Source: Minisyncoccia bacterium
GTDB lineage: Bacteria > Patescibacteriota > Minisyncoccia > Phycocordibacterales > UBA9973
Length of the DNA stretch: 64,000 bases
Direction of reading: 5' to 3'
Assembly: GCA_965656375.1 (NCBI GenBank)
Contig: CBFHKH010000001.1
Coordinates: forward strand, 217,319 to 281,318
A program made the position numbers and the translations under genes. Below are positions 9,415-18,298 of the stretch, in pieces. Below the pieces are notes generated by a model. That model was given only the letters and a program-made list of their open reading frames with translations. It did no database searches and had not been told where the DNA came from. The first letter of the stretch is position 1; each line of letters opens with the position of its first letter.

Positions 9415-10755
9415 TTATGCCCCTACGAATGTAAGAGCTACACCCTTCTTGCTTGCACGGCCAGTTCGGCCAATACGGTGGACATATGTATCATATGTCT
9501 GTGGAATCTCGTAGTTTATTACGTGCGTTACATCAGGGATATCAAGCCCTCGAGCTGCGACGTCGGTAGCGACAAGAATATTTATTTCGTTATCCTTGAA
9601 TTTCTTTAGAGTTCTTTGGCGGTCATTGTGGCGTTTGTCACCATGGATTGAGCCTGACTTGAATCCCCTCTTTACGAGTTCATTGGAAAGCTTTTCAACT
9701 GCATGCTTCATCTCTGAGAATATGACTACCTTTTTAAATTCGGAATCAGCTAAAAGATCTGAGAGTACATCTATCTTCTCAACCCCCCGAGCTACGCGTA
9801 CTACATCCTGCTCAACATTTTTAGACGTATCACGAGTTTTTACTACAACCCGTACTGGATCATTGGAAAATGTATTGATTAATGTTTCGATTGGCTTTGG
9901 AAGTGTTGCAGAGAAGAAGAAACTCTGGCGATCCTTATGAGTTTTCTCAAGAAGAAATTTAATATCATCTATGAATCCCATGTCGAGCATTCGATCAGCT
10001 TCATCGAGAACGATATTACGAGTATCGGAGAGATCAATTTCTTTTCTCTTTACCAGATCAAGAAGTCGTCCTGGAGTACCGATAACAACGTTGCATCCAC
10101 GGCGAAGATTTTTTATCTGAGCAAATATTGGTGCACCACCGACACATGCGACAGACCACATTTTCATACCACGTGTAAATTCGATAAATTCCTTATCAAT
10201 CTGAAGCGCGAGCTCTCGAGTTGGCGCAATAATGATTGCTGTTTCTTTATTATTCTTTAGTATTTTGTTTATGATCGGTATAAGGAACGCTGCAGTTTTG
10301 CCTGTGCCTGTATTTGCGATACCGAGAATATCACGGCCTTCGAGAGCATGAGGGATAGCCTTGTCCTGGATTGGACTTGGGTAGATATACTGCTTTGTTG
10401 CGATTGCCATTTTCAAGCGCGCATCGATCGCAAAGTCACTAAATGTATGAGTTGGAAGGTATATCTCCTCTTTTTCTATAATCGTAGCTTTGCTAATAAA
10501 TCGTGATACGTCAATGCGCTCGAATGAGTTACCTCGCTTCTTGCCACCACCTCTATTACGGTTACCCGATGGTCTGCTTCCAAATGAAGGCTTGCTACCA
10601 CCTCGAAATGCAGGCTTACCCCTTGTTGAGCCTTTATATGAGCCTGAATGAGCTCCAGAATGGCTCCGAGACGCACCAGAACTGCTTGTGGGACCTCTTT
10701 TAGGTCCAGATGAATATGAAGCCCTTTTTGGGCCTTGTTTGCTATATGCATTCAT
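9415..10755 (-). CDS. DEAD-box RNA helicase
   Basis: GTGKT, PTRELA, DEAD, SAT and HRIGRTGR motifs; RG/S-rich N-terminal tail. Confidence 0.95.
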   Translation of the reverse strand: MNAYSKQGPKRASYSSGPKRGPTSSSGASRSHSGAHSGSYKGSTRGKPAFRGGSKPSFGSRPSGNRNRGGGKKRGNSFERIDVSRFISKATIIEKEEIYLPTHTFSDFAIDARLKMAIATKQYIYPSPIQDKAIPHALEGRDILGIANTGTGKTAAFLIPIINKILKNNKETAIIIAPTRELALQIDKEFIEFTRGMKMWSVACVGGAPIFAQIKNLRRGCNVVIGTPGRLLDLVKRKEIDLSDTRNIVLDEADRMLDMGFIDDIKFLLEKTHKDRQSFFFSATLPKPIETLINTFSNDPVRVVVKTRDTSKNVEQDVVRVARGVEKIDVLSDLLADSEFKKVVIFSEMKHAVEKLSNELVKRGFKSGSIHGDKRHNDRQRTLKKFKDNEINILVATDVAARGLDIPDVTHVINYEIPQTYDTYVHRIGRTGRASKKGVALTFVGA

Positions 10756-11019
10756 AATTAAATTCTACGTGTTTCAAAAATAAATAATTGCCCGAGATGG
10801 GCAAAAGATTGAAACACTTACACACGCACATTAGAGTATTCCAATGAACAAAGAATAGCATTTATAACAAATTTTGTCAATGAGATATATACTTATACCC
10901 ACCTTCCCTTTGACAAATATTTCTAAAAGTTGTATAGTTCAAAAACATAAGGGGGTATCTTTAGAAGCGTCGACTTTCGAACATTCATCTTTATTTTATT
11001 ATTTATCTGAACATATATC

Positions 11020-11217
11020 ATGACTGGCTCAATCAAAAAGCTTACTGATAAAGGTTTCGGTTTCATCACAGGTGAAGGACTTGCGAAGGATCTATTCTTC
11101 CACAGCAACTCACTCGTTGGCGTACAGTTCGACGAACTACGTGAAGGTGATGCTGTTACTTTTGAAACAGAAGACACTGCAAAGGGACCAAGTGCTGTAA
11201 ACGTACAGCGCGCGTAA
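11020..11217 (+). CDS. Cold-shock domain protein
   Basis: KGFGFI and LFFH RNP motifs; TTGACA promoter near 10910 and downstream terminator. Confidence 0.95.
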   Translation: MTGSIKKLTDKGFGFITGEGLAKDLFFHSNSLVGVQFDELREGDAVTFETEDTAKGPSAVNVQRA

Positions 11218-11226
11218 GCCCAAGCA

Positions 11227-11264
11227 AAACAAAAATCCCCACATTCTTGTGGGGATTTTTGTTT
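11227..11264 (+). terminator. Intrinsic terminator of csp
   Basis: AAACAAAAATCCCCACA-TTCT-TGTGGGGATTTTTGTTT. Confidence 0.85.
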
Positions 11265-11414
11265 GTTACTTCTTCTTTGAAGCTTTTGGTTTTTTCTTTT
11301 CTTTGCGAGCACCAAGACCTTTTGCCATATGTAAAATATATCTACTAGTAATAAGTAAAGTATAACATTTTACAGAATTAAATATAGTGAAAGAAATATA
11401 GTATAATACACAGT

Positions 11415-11570
11415 ATGGAAGACGAAGAGCAAACACAAAAGAAAGATCCTACCTGCCCTCGTTGCGGACTTCGCTCGTACGATGCTGAGTGTGCAAATTG
11501 TGGCACAAAAATCGTAGATAAATCTGACGATGAGGACGAAGAGTATGATTGGAGAGAAAAGAAGCGCTAG
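11415..11570 (+). CDS. 51-aa zinc-ribbon microprotein (not in ORF track)
   Basis: MEDEEQTQKKDPTCPRCGLRSYDAECANCGTKIVDKSDDEDEEYDWREKKR; two CxxC pairs; TATAAT 7 nt before ATG. Confidence 0.7.
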   Translation: MEDEEQTQKKDPTCPRCGLRSYDAECANCGTKIVDKSDDEDEEYDWREKKR

Positions 11571-11588
11571 AGCGCTTCTTTTCGTATG

Positions 11589-12176
11589 CTATTTCACAGA
11601 GAAAGTAAATATATAATCTTTTTCAAGAATTGGATTTGTGCTTGTTGCTTCGGGAGTGACGCTTTGAAGGGTGACTTTTTTATTGATAAAGTCTACACTT
11701 GTTCCAATCTCGAAATCTTTTTCTTGGGTTGTCGCATCTGATTCGAGTCTTACTTTCACCCTTACCGTTCCGGCCCAAATACACTCTGTCCCGCTTGGAC
11801 ATCTACTATCTTCGAGGACTTTGAGCGGAGTGATATATACTCCCCCTAAGAGTATTTTCTTGCCCACATTTGCCTTTGTCGATGTTGGCACATGAGTGGT
11901 AGTTGGGCACTGTGAGAACTCGCAATTTGGCCCTGTTCTCGATACGTATGAACCATCAGGACAGGCTTTCGCGTCCATTGTACAGGCACTGCCTCCACCT
12001 GATGGTGAGTTGTGCTTCGGTGGCAGTGTTTGATTCGTATTACTATTTTTTGTGTTTATAGTGCTACTGTTTTGGTTCTGTGATCCCTGTGTCCGTACAC
12101 CACTCTTTACAACAAGCGTGTTAATAAGAAAGATGACGACTACAATTGCAATAACAATGATAAATAGTTTTTTCAT
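11589..12176 (-). CDS. Membrane-anchored protein with CPR-type Cys-rich module
   Basis: N-terminal TM; ACTMDAKACPDGSYVSRTGPNCEFSQCP; EDSRCP..TECIWAG. Confidence 0.8.
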   Translation of the reverse strand: MKKLFIIVIAIVVVIFLINTLVVKSGVRTQGSQNQNSSTINTKNSNTNQTLPPKHNSPSGGGSACTMDAKACPDGSYVSRTGPNCEFSQCPTTTHVPTSTKANVGKKILLGGVYITPLKVLEDSRCPSGTECIWAGTVRVKVRLESDATTQEKDFEIGTSVDFINKKVTLQSVTPEATSTNPILEKDYIFTFSVK

Positions 12177-12817
12177 TTTGATGATGTATCGCTTTTTATA
12201 CTGACTGACTCTAATATATGGGACGCATATCTAGTGCTTCGTCTCGAAAGATTGAAGAGGATTGCGATTGTAAAGAAGACAAGTGCCACTTCAGTATGGA
12301 AGAATGATACGACGATAGCAATAAGAGCGACTACAACCGGAAGCAAGATTCGCATGTTTGCATGCTGATTGTCGGTTTTTGTAAATGGATTATTCTCTAT
12401 GGCGCTTGACTTGATTACATATCGGCGCATGACCCAAAGCGAGAGGCCGATCAAAATAATATTAGTAGCGAAAAGTACAATTGCAAATTGTGTTCTATGA
12501 TAGCTACCCAAAAATTGTGATGAAAATGGAACCAAGGCGACGAAGAAAAGGAAAAGCGCACTCAGGTTCGATAAGCGAACATCGACATTCTTTGCAAGGA
12601 CTGATGCAATGTAGTGATGAGCGCGCCAGTATGTAAACAACAAAGAAAAGCTTAAAAGAAAATTAAAGAAAAGTGGATAGATATTCAATACTGCATTTAT
12701 CAGAGTTTGATTATTCACTATCCCAACTATCTCGGGTACTCGTATTTCAAATACGAGAATTGTCATAGCAATCGAGAAAATACCATCAGTGAGTCCATCA
12801 ATTCGTTCTTGTTTCAT
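12173..12817 (-). CDS. TMEM175 (DUF1211) family K+ channel-like protein
   Basis: RIDGLTDGIFSIAMTILVFEI motif; YWRAHH. Confidence 0.85.
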   Translation of the reverse strand: MKQERIDGLTDGIFSIAMTILVFEIRVPEIVGIVNNQTLINAVLNIYPLFFNFLLSFSLLFTYWRAHHYIASVLAKNVDVRLSNLSALFLFFVALVPFSSQFLGSYHRTQFAIVLFATNIILIGLSLWVMRRYVIKSSAIENNPFTKTDNQHANMRILLPVVVALIAIVVSFFHTEVALVFFTIAILFNLSRRSTRYASHILESVSIKSDTSSK

Positions 12818-12890
12818 ATGAGTAGTATACCTCGTAGTAAAATTTTAGTAAATTCTACTACAGGGTATATCACACACAACTCCATCGATT

Positions 12891-13508
12891 CTAGTTGAGT
12901 ACTACTTCATTTGGATCAAAATGCCCACTGATTACAGGAATGATGACTTCCCTATCAGTTCCGGACCCATCTGTATATATCACCGAAATTCTATAGTCTT
13001 GGCCAATAACATCTGGATCCTTGGCAAGGAAGGTCAGTGTCTTAATTATTGCGGATGATTTTCCGATGCGCGCGTAAGACTTCTCGAGTACTACATCTCC
13101 TCTGTCCTCGAATAAAACGATAAACGTAGATCCACCAAGAGAATCAATACTCACAGTCATCGGAACTATCGCATCTAAACGAGGGTTCACCTTTTTCTTG
13201 TAGTCACCCGGTATAAACTCTGTCTTTAGAAATTGGCTCTCTAGCTCAACTTTGCTTTTCTCCGTTCCATATTGGGACTGGTATTCGGAAACATTGTTAC
13301 TAAGTCCGACGACGAGATCTCCATCAGGAAGTGTCACGACCGCGTCTGCTATGCGTGATCGAGTTGTCTCCGCATATTTCTCTGTCTGTATACTTGATGC
13401 TTCAAATGCTTTTTCTTTGTCTTTATTTACTTTAATACTATAGATGATGAGGAATATAACAAGTAGAAATGCGAGTACGGTACCTCCTTTTTTAAGATAT
13501 TGTTTCAT
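12891..13508 (-). CDS. Membrane-anchored hypothetical protein
   Basis: N-terminal TM helix; long ORF. Confidence 0.7.
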   Translation of the reverse strand: MKQYLKKGGTVLAFLLVIFLIIYSIKVNKDKEKAFEASSIQTEKYAETTRSRIADAVVTLPDGDLVVGLSNNVSEYQSQYGTEKSKVELESQFLKTEFIPGDYKKKVNPRLDAIVPMTVSIDSLGGSTFIVLFEDRGDVVLEKSYARIGKSSAIIKTLTFLAKDPDVIGQDYRISVIYTDGSGTDREVIIPVISGHFDPNEVVLN

Positions 13509-13618
13509 GTATATAAGTATACCATTTTTGCACATTTAGGCCTGCTGTAAAGCAATATTTGACAAATATTGTCAAATCTGCTATAATACAAACAATCTTA
13601 AACATATAAAAATATTTT

Positions 13619-13771
13619 ATGAAAAAAATGTTCATTGGCCTCTGGAACCTTATGGGTGAAATCTTCAGCCGCAAAAAACACGTAATTAAAGAAAAAAAGT
13701 TCGCTATAAGCGATAAAGAATTAGACGAATTGCTCACTGTGCCCATACTGAGCAGGTTGAAAAAAAATTAG
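13619..13771 (+). CDS. 50-aa microprotein (not in ORF track)
   Basis: MKKMFIGLWNLMGEIFSRKKHVIKEKKFAISDKELDELLTVPILSRLKKN; TTGACA-17-TATAAT at 13559-13587; hairpin at 13776-13803. Confidence 0.6.
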   Translation: MKKMFIGLWNLMGEIFSRKKHVIKEKKFAISDKELDELLTVPILSRLKKN

Positions 13772-13823
13772 AAAGATGCCTCCTCACTTTGTGAAGGAGG
13801 CATTATTCGTATATAATCACGCT

Positions 13824-14402
13824 ATGAAGATCACATCCGCAGTGTTTGTGCGCGGTGTCACAAATGAAGAGAGCATGGTACATGATGGCCTCCCTCAGGT
13901 TGCTTTTATCGGGCGCTCGAATGTTGGGAAATCCAGTGTCATAAATTCAATAACAAATAATAAAAAACTTGCTCGCTCTAGTTCTACTGCAGGGCGCACT
14001 CAAGAGATTAATTTATTTATCCTCAATGATTCTTTTTACCTCGTGGACTTGCCGGGGTATGGCTATGCGCGTGGATCATTCGAGGCTCGAGAGAGTATTA
14101 CAGAACGCATACAGTGGTATCTGTTTAATTCAAATATTTCTCAGTATAAAGTCGTACTCATCATAGATGGGCGTACTGGCATGACAGAGAGCGATATGGA
14201 AATGTATGATGCCTTAAAGATTCATAACAAAGATATCGTAATCATCATTAACAAAGTAGATAAACTTAATCTCAGTGAAAAGCAAAAATGCCTTAATGCG
14301 GTGAAAGCTATCGCGAGTGGTAATCTCATCATCCCCTACTCTGCAGAAAAACACACCAATAGGGATCTACTCATTGATTCGATCTTTCCTATATCTTCCT
14401 AG
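13824..14402 (+). CDS. engB: Ribosome biogenesis GTPase EngB/YihA
   Basis: GRSNVGKSS, GRTQ, DLPGYG and NKVD motifs. Confidence 0.93.
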   Translation: MKITSAVFVRGVTNEESMVHDGLPQVAFIGRSNVGKSSVINSITNNKKLARSSSTAGRTQEINLFILNDSFYLVDLPGYGYARGSFEARESITERIQWYLFNSNISQYKVVLIIDGRTGMTESDMEMYDALKIHNKDIVIIINKVDKLNLSEKQKCLNAVKAIASGNLIIPYSAEKHTNRDLLIDSIFPISS

Positions 14403-14904
14403 TGTCATACGCCCAGTGGAGGAGCGCTTGGCGTTGCCGTGGACGACAATGTACATCACCTGGTCTACAATTGTTCCTTATTTGGCCTATGTGGCGTCTG
14501 ATAGCCTTCCAGCGCTTGATCTGTCGCATATCTTCATGTGGTATTCTACGGCCCATATAATATCTACAATACCACTGGAACCATCCTCTCGGATCGTCTG
14601 TATATATCCAGCCATTTTTCTGCCAGATTGAAAGAGACTGACTGGCGTGTATGCCAAAATAATTTAATTGTGGGTCAGGTTTATCCTTTGCAAGTTTCGC
14701 ACGAAGAGACCACGATTTTGGAAACTCTTTGAGGTATGAATTGTCGCCGTAGAATCCATCGAATATACCGAGTTCGAGCATTTCTTTTGGAGACAGGTCA
14801 GGCGTAAACTCAGGATCAAAATTCTTACCCTCAGGCTCGCTTCGGATATATGTATATCCGTCTTGCATTGAATCCTTTACGACCACCGTGATAGATTTTG
14901 CCAT
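14389..14904 (-). CDS. Conserved hypothetical protein
   Basis: FTPDLSPKEMLELG and DPRGWFQWYCRYYMGRR...RQIKRW...RQALLHWAYD look like a conserved family. Confidence 0.75.
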   Translation of the reverse strand: MAKSITVVVKDSMQDGYTYIRSEPEGKNFDPEFTPDLSPKEMLELGIFDGFYGDNSYLKEFPKSWSLRAKLAKDKPDPQLNYFGIHASQSLSIWQKNGWIYTDDPRGWFQWYCRYYMGRRIPHEDMRQIKRWKAIRRHIGQIRNNCRPGDVHCRPRQRQALLHWAYDTRKI

Positions 14905-14905
14905 G

Positions 14906-15439
14906 CTACGTAATCTTTTTCTTTTTATTGAAAAAGTAGAGAGTAACAATCAAAAGGAGTGAATAGTTTATGATCATGTAGGTTGTATTTCCCCATGATA
15001 CACCATGGAGGAATTTATATTCTGATACAGGGAACAGAAATGGTGTAGGATAGAAGCTTGCAGCATGAGAAGGTATATCGATCAATATATGAAGTGCCCA
15101 TCCGAGGAGCTCTAGTCGAGGTCGTTTAGACAGATACCATACGAGGCAAAATACAACAGCCCAGATCACGATACTATGGCTGAATTGGTAAAGGAAACGA
15201 GCTAGATCAAATCCTCCGGCAAGTCCGTGATGACTTCCCAAGTGGTCCATGCCTTGACCTTTGAATATGAGATTAAATATCCCAATACAGAATGGAATGG
15301 TAAATGCAAAGAGATCAGGAAACACTCCGAAAAATGTTACCCACGGAAGCTTGATAAGGGGTTTCTTTTTCTTTTCTAATTGTTTGTTGCCTGCTCGTGC
15401 GCCATAATTTGCCCAGAGCATGTGTGCGAGTATGTCCAT
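14906..15439 (-). CDS. Membrane-bound metal-dependent hydrolase-like protein
   Basis: H, PDL, SHS and LHILIDIPSH motifs with TM segments. Confidence 0.7.
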   Translation of the reverse strand: MDILAHMLWANYGARAGNKQLEKKKKPLIKLPWVTFFGVFPDLFAFTIPFCIGIFNLIFKGQGMDHLGSHHGLAGGFDLARFLYQFSHSIVIWAVVFCLVWYLSKRPRLELLGWALHILIDIPSHAASFYPTPFLFPVSEYKFLHGVSWGNTTYMIINYSLLLIVTLYFFNKKKKIT

Positions 15440-15456
15440 AGTGTTTTAGTATAGCA

Positions 15457-15804
15457 TTAATTGGATTTCGTATCTTGATCGAGGTTGAGTGTTTTGAGTA
15501 CACTTTTTGTACGTATACTTGCCTGACCTGAGACTGTGCGTACGATTCGACGAACGATCGAAAATATAATGTAGCTTACGATAAGTGATAGCCAGAACAA
15601 GAATTTAAAGAATCCCCACTGGAACCCCAACAAGTGAGTGTACCCAAGTATAAAGAATAAAGTGACACCAAGGATTCCTATGACCAGTGGAATCATCACG
15701 ATACCCCAGAGGGCATCTTTTACCTCATCACCTGCAAGCCTGCTTGGATTTTGTCGGGCTTCTTTGAGTATTTTCTTTATATGAAATATTTTAAAAAGTA
15801 TCAT
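15457..15804 (-). CDS. Hypothetical membrane protein
   Basis: Two TM segments. Confidence 0.65.
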   Translation of the reverse strand: MILFKIFHIKKILKEARQNPSRLAGDEVKDALWGIVMIPLVIGILGVTLFFILGYTHLLGFQWGFFKFLFWLSLIVSYIIFSIVRRIVRTVSGQASIRTKSVLKTLNLDQDTKSN

Positions 15805-15886
15805 ATCCTACATAATACAGTATAGATATAGGATTATCCACTCAATTGGAGTATACTCTATATACTTATCAGTAATATAAAATCAT

Positions 15887-16015
15887 ATGGCAAAAAGAAG
15901 TACAAATCTTGGCATCAAGCCGAAATCTATTCACTCACGCAAAACAAAAAAGCGCCTCGCAATTAAAAAGGAGATGCTCGCGGCCAAAGTAGCAAAGCGT
16001 AAGAAAAAACAATAA
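15887..16015 (+). CDS. 42-aa Lys/Arg-rich microprotein (not in ORF track)
   Basis: MAKRSTNLGIKPKSIHSRKTKKRLAIKKEMLAAKVAKRKKKQ, followed immediately by a terminator. Confidence 0.65.
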   Translation: MAKRSTNLGIKPKSIHSRKTKKRLAIKKEMLAAKVAKRKKKQ

Positions 16016-16016
16016 T

Positions 16017-16046
16017 AAAAAGCCGAGCAGTACTGCTCGGCTTTTT
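16017..16046. terminator. Bidirectional terminator
   Basis: AAAAAGCCGAGCAGTACTGCTCGGCTTTTT between convergent genes. Confidence 0.85.
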
Positions 16047-16057
16047 ATAGAGAGGTA

Positions 16058-16243
16058 TTATTTCATTGCCTCAGCATCTGCTTTGGACATGAACTTAAAC
16101 ATGTTCCCGCCACACACTGAGCATGTACCCTTGGCCGAGTATCTGTTGTTCTTTTCAGATACAACAGGATTTACCATTTCCTGCATCGTTGGCTTATTCT
16201 TATCATCTCGGCACTTCATGCATAATGCTTTTAGTACTGCCAT
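16058..16243 (-). CDS. DUF5679-like zinc-ribbon protein
   Basis: ALCMKCR...KNNRYSAKGTCSVCGGNMFKF pattern. Confidence 0.75.
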   Translation of the reverse strand: MAVLKALCMKCRDDKNKPTMQEMVNPVVSEKNNRYSAKGTCSVCGGNMFKFMSKADAEAMK

Positions 16244-16292
16244 ATATTTATATAGTTACTAATAATATAGAAATAGTATACCACAGAGTATT

Positions 16293-16421
16293 CTATTTTG
16301 CCCGCTTATTCTTAGGTTTGAGATTCGGTGGATGCTTTACTGCAAATTCTGTCTTCTTACTTCCCTTTTCTACGAGCGGCACTGTAGCTTTTACGTTGCG
16401 AACTTTTGTAATCTGTTTCAT
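16293..16421 (-). CDS. 42-aa basic microprotein (not in ORF track)
   Basis: MKQITKVRNVKATVPLVEKGSKKTEFAVKHPPNLKPKNKRAK; TATACT 6 nt before ATG. Confidence 0.55.
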   Translation of the reverse strand: MKQITKVRNVKATVPLVEKGSKKTEFAVKHPPNLKPKNKRAK

Positions 16422-16492
16422 TAAAATAGTATACCACCAAATATAAAAACACCCTCGATACGCAATTGAGAGTGTTTTTATTTAATACGAAT

Positions 16493-16720
16493 TTATTGTG
16501 GTTGTGCTTCAGTATCAGGACCACGACCTGAGTCAGGAAGATTCACATCTACATTGATAGATGGATTGTTATCTACTGGAGCTTTCGCGCCGCGGTGTGT
16601 GTACCACCAGTATCCACCTACAACGAGCAATACGATGATTACTACAAGGAGTACTGTGTTTGCACCTCCATTACTTTCTCCTTGTGGTGCCGGAGGGTTT
16701 ATATTTGTCTGATTTTCCAT
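16493..16720 (-). CDS. Small single-pass membrane protein
   Basis: One TM helix (VLLVVIIVLLVVGGYWWY); downstream hairpin. Confidence 0.7.
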   Translation of the reverse strand: MENQTNINPPAPQGESNGGANTVLLVVIIVLLVVGGYWWYTHRGAKAPVDNNPSINVDVNLPDSGRGPDTEAQPQ

Positions 16721-16914
16721 ATATTATTTAAATTATAAATTAATAATATCGATCACTATAAGTATACCGCTCTTTTTTCTTATTGCCTATAGATTGAGAA
16801 AGCTCACTGCGGTTAAGCGCAGTGAGCTTTTTAATTGATCCTTCGTAGGTATTTGATTCATGTAAATCAACATGTATAGCACTAACGTATATAGCCTGGC
16901 AAGGCTTTAATTGA

Positions 16915-17316
16915 TCAATTCTTAACAAACATCCCCCCAAATGCGAGACCAGTACTTCCCTTTTTTTGTATTGTGAAAACGTACACGCTCCCACTAATAG
17001 GTTTTCCATTTATTCTTGTGAGGTCTAAAGTTGCCTTACCGCTACTATTGAGAGTAGTGGTCATCAATTGTTTTTTAGCAATATTGTATAGCGTAACTTT
17101 AGCACCATTCAGGCTTGTATCGCAGTCAAGGTTAATGTAATTTCCGTATGCAGGGCATGGATATACACTTACGTATTTTGATATAGCAGGAATAGTGTCA
17201 GGCTTTTTTAAAACTGCATTTTTGTAGTCAAAATAAGTTGCTTTACATACTGATGGTAAAGCAAAGATTGCTGCAAAAACTATTACAACAATCGAAGAAA
17301 GATAAATCTTTTTCAT
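16915..17316 (-). CDS. Secreted protein resembling a T9SS type A C-terminal sorting domain
   Basis: Signal peptide followed by VSVYPCPA..YINL...KVTLYN...LDL...GSVYVFTI...FVKN. Confidence 0.65.
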   Translation of the reverse strand: MKKIYLSSIVVIVFAAIFALPSVCKATYFDYKNAVLKKPDTIPAISKYVSVYPCPAYGNYINLDCDTSLNGAKVTLYNIAKKQLMTTTLNSSGKATLDLTRINGKPISGSVYVFTIQKKGSTGLAFGGMFVKN

Positions 17317-17497
17317 GATGTTTTGTTTTAAACGTTTGAGGATGTTGTGTAATTTAAATGTACTTATTTTCAGTATACACCTGAGGATATACCTGTCAAA
17401 GGTTTTTCACTTCTCAAAAATGTTGACAAATCAAAGGTAAAATATACTATACAGTATAAGGGCTAAACCGATTCATAACATTTAAAACCAAGCATAT

Positions 17498-18082
17498 ATG
17501 AAATACCCGCTTAATCTTTCCGACCAAGAACTTGTTTCTTTATATGTAGGAGGTGATCCTGAAGCGCTTGGTGCGCTTATGATTCGCCATAAAGATAGGA
17601 TCTTTACAAGCATTTATCTGATTGTGCATAGCAAAGAAGTAGCCGAAGATATTTTTCAAGATCTCTTTGTCCGTATCATTCATACAATTAACAACGGACA
17701 ATATAAAGAAAATAGCAAATTCCTTGCCTGGGCTATCCGTATTGGGCACAACCTTTGTATGGATCATTTTCGAAAGCAAAAAAGAGAGCCAGTTTTTTTA
17801 AAGCCAATTGAGGATAGAGATGTTTTTGAAAATATTGACGGAGTAGTTTCTGGTTCAGATCAGAAGATAGTGTCACAAGAAGTAACTTCTGATATCAGAA
17901 AAATGATTGATCTTCTTTCGGAGGATCAGCGTACGATTATAATCCTTCGTCACCATGCAAATCTCAAATTTAGAGAAATCGCAAAGATACTCGGAATCAG
18001 CGTAAATACTGCACTTGGGCGAATGAGATATGCGTTGATAAATTTACGCAAAATAATGGTTCAAAAGCAAGTAGCACTTTAA
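17498..18082 (+). CDS. ECF RNA polymerase sigma factor (Bacteroidota-like)
   Basis: AEDIFQDLF, FLAWAIRIGHNLCMDHFRK and FREIAKILGISVNTALGRMRYALINLRK motifs. Confidence 0.92.
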   Translation: MKYPLNLSDQELVSLYVGGDPEALGALMIRHKDRIFTSIYLIVHSKEVAEDIFQDLFVRIIHTINNGQYKENSKFLAWAIRIGHNLCMDHFRKQKREPVFLKPIEDRDVFENIDGVVSGSDQKIVSQEVTSDIRKMIDLLSEDQRTIIILRHHANLKFREIAKILGISVNTALGRMRYALINLRKIMVQKQVAL

Positions 18083-18298
18083 TTTTTTATTTTGTTTGCA
18101 AAAATACCTTCTCAGAGAGAAGGTATTTCTATTTGACATATGAGACATATTGTCCGCTAATGGATAATCTGAAGTAAGATTTTTACTTATCAAACGTTTA
18201 CATATATGTAGATGCAACTGGCTATTGATCAGCTCTGCACTACCAAAAAAGTTTGTTCATTACTCAAAATCCCCCATCTGGGGGATTTTGGTATTGTC

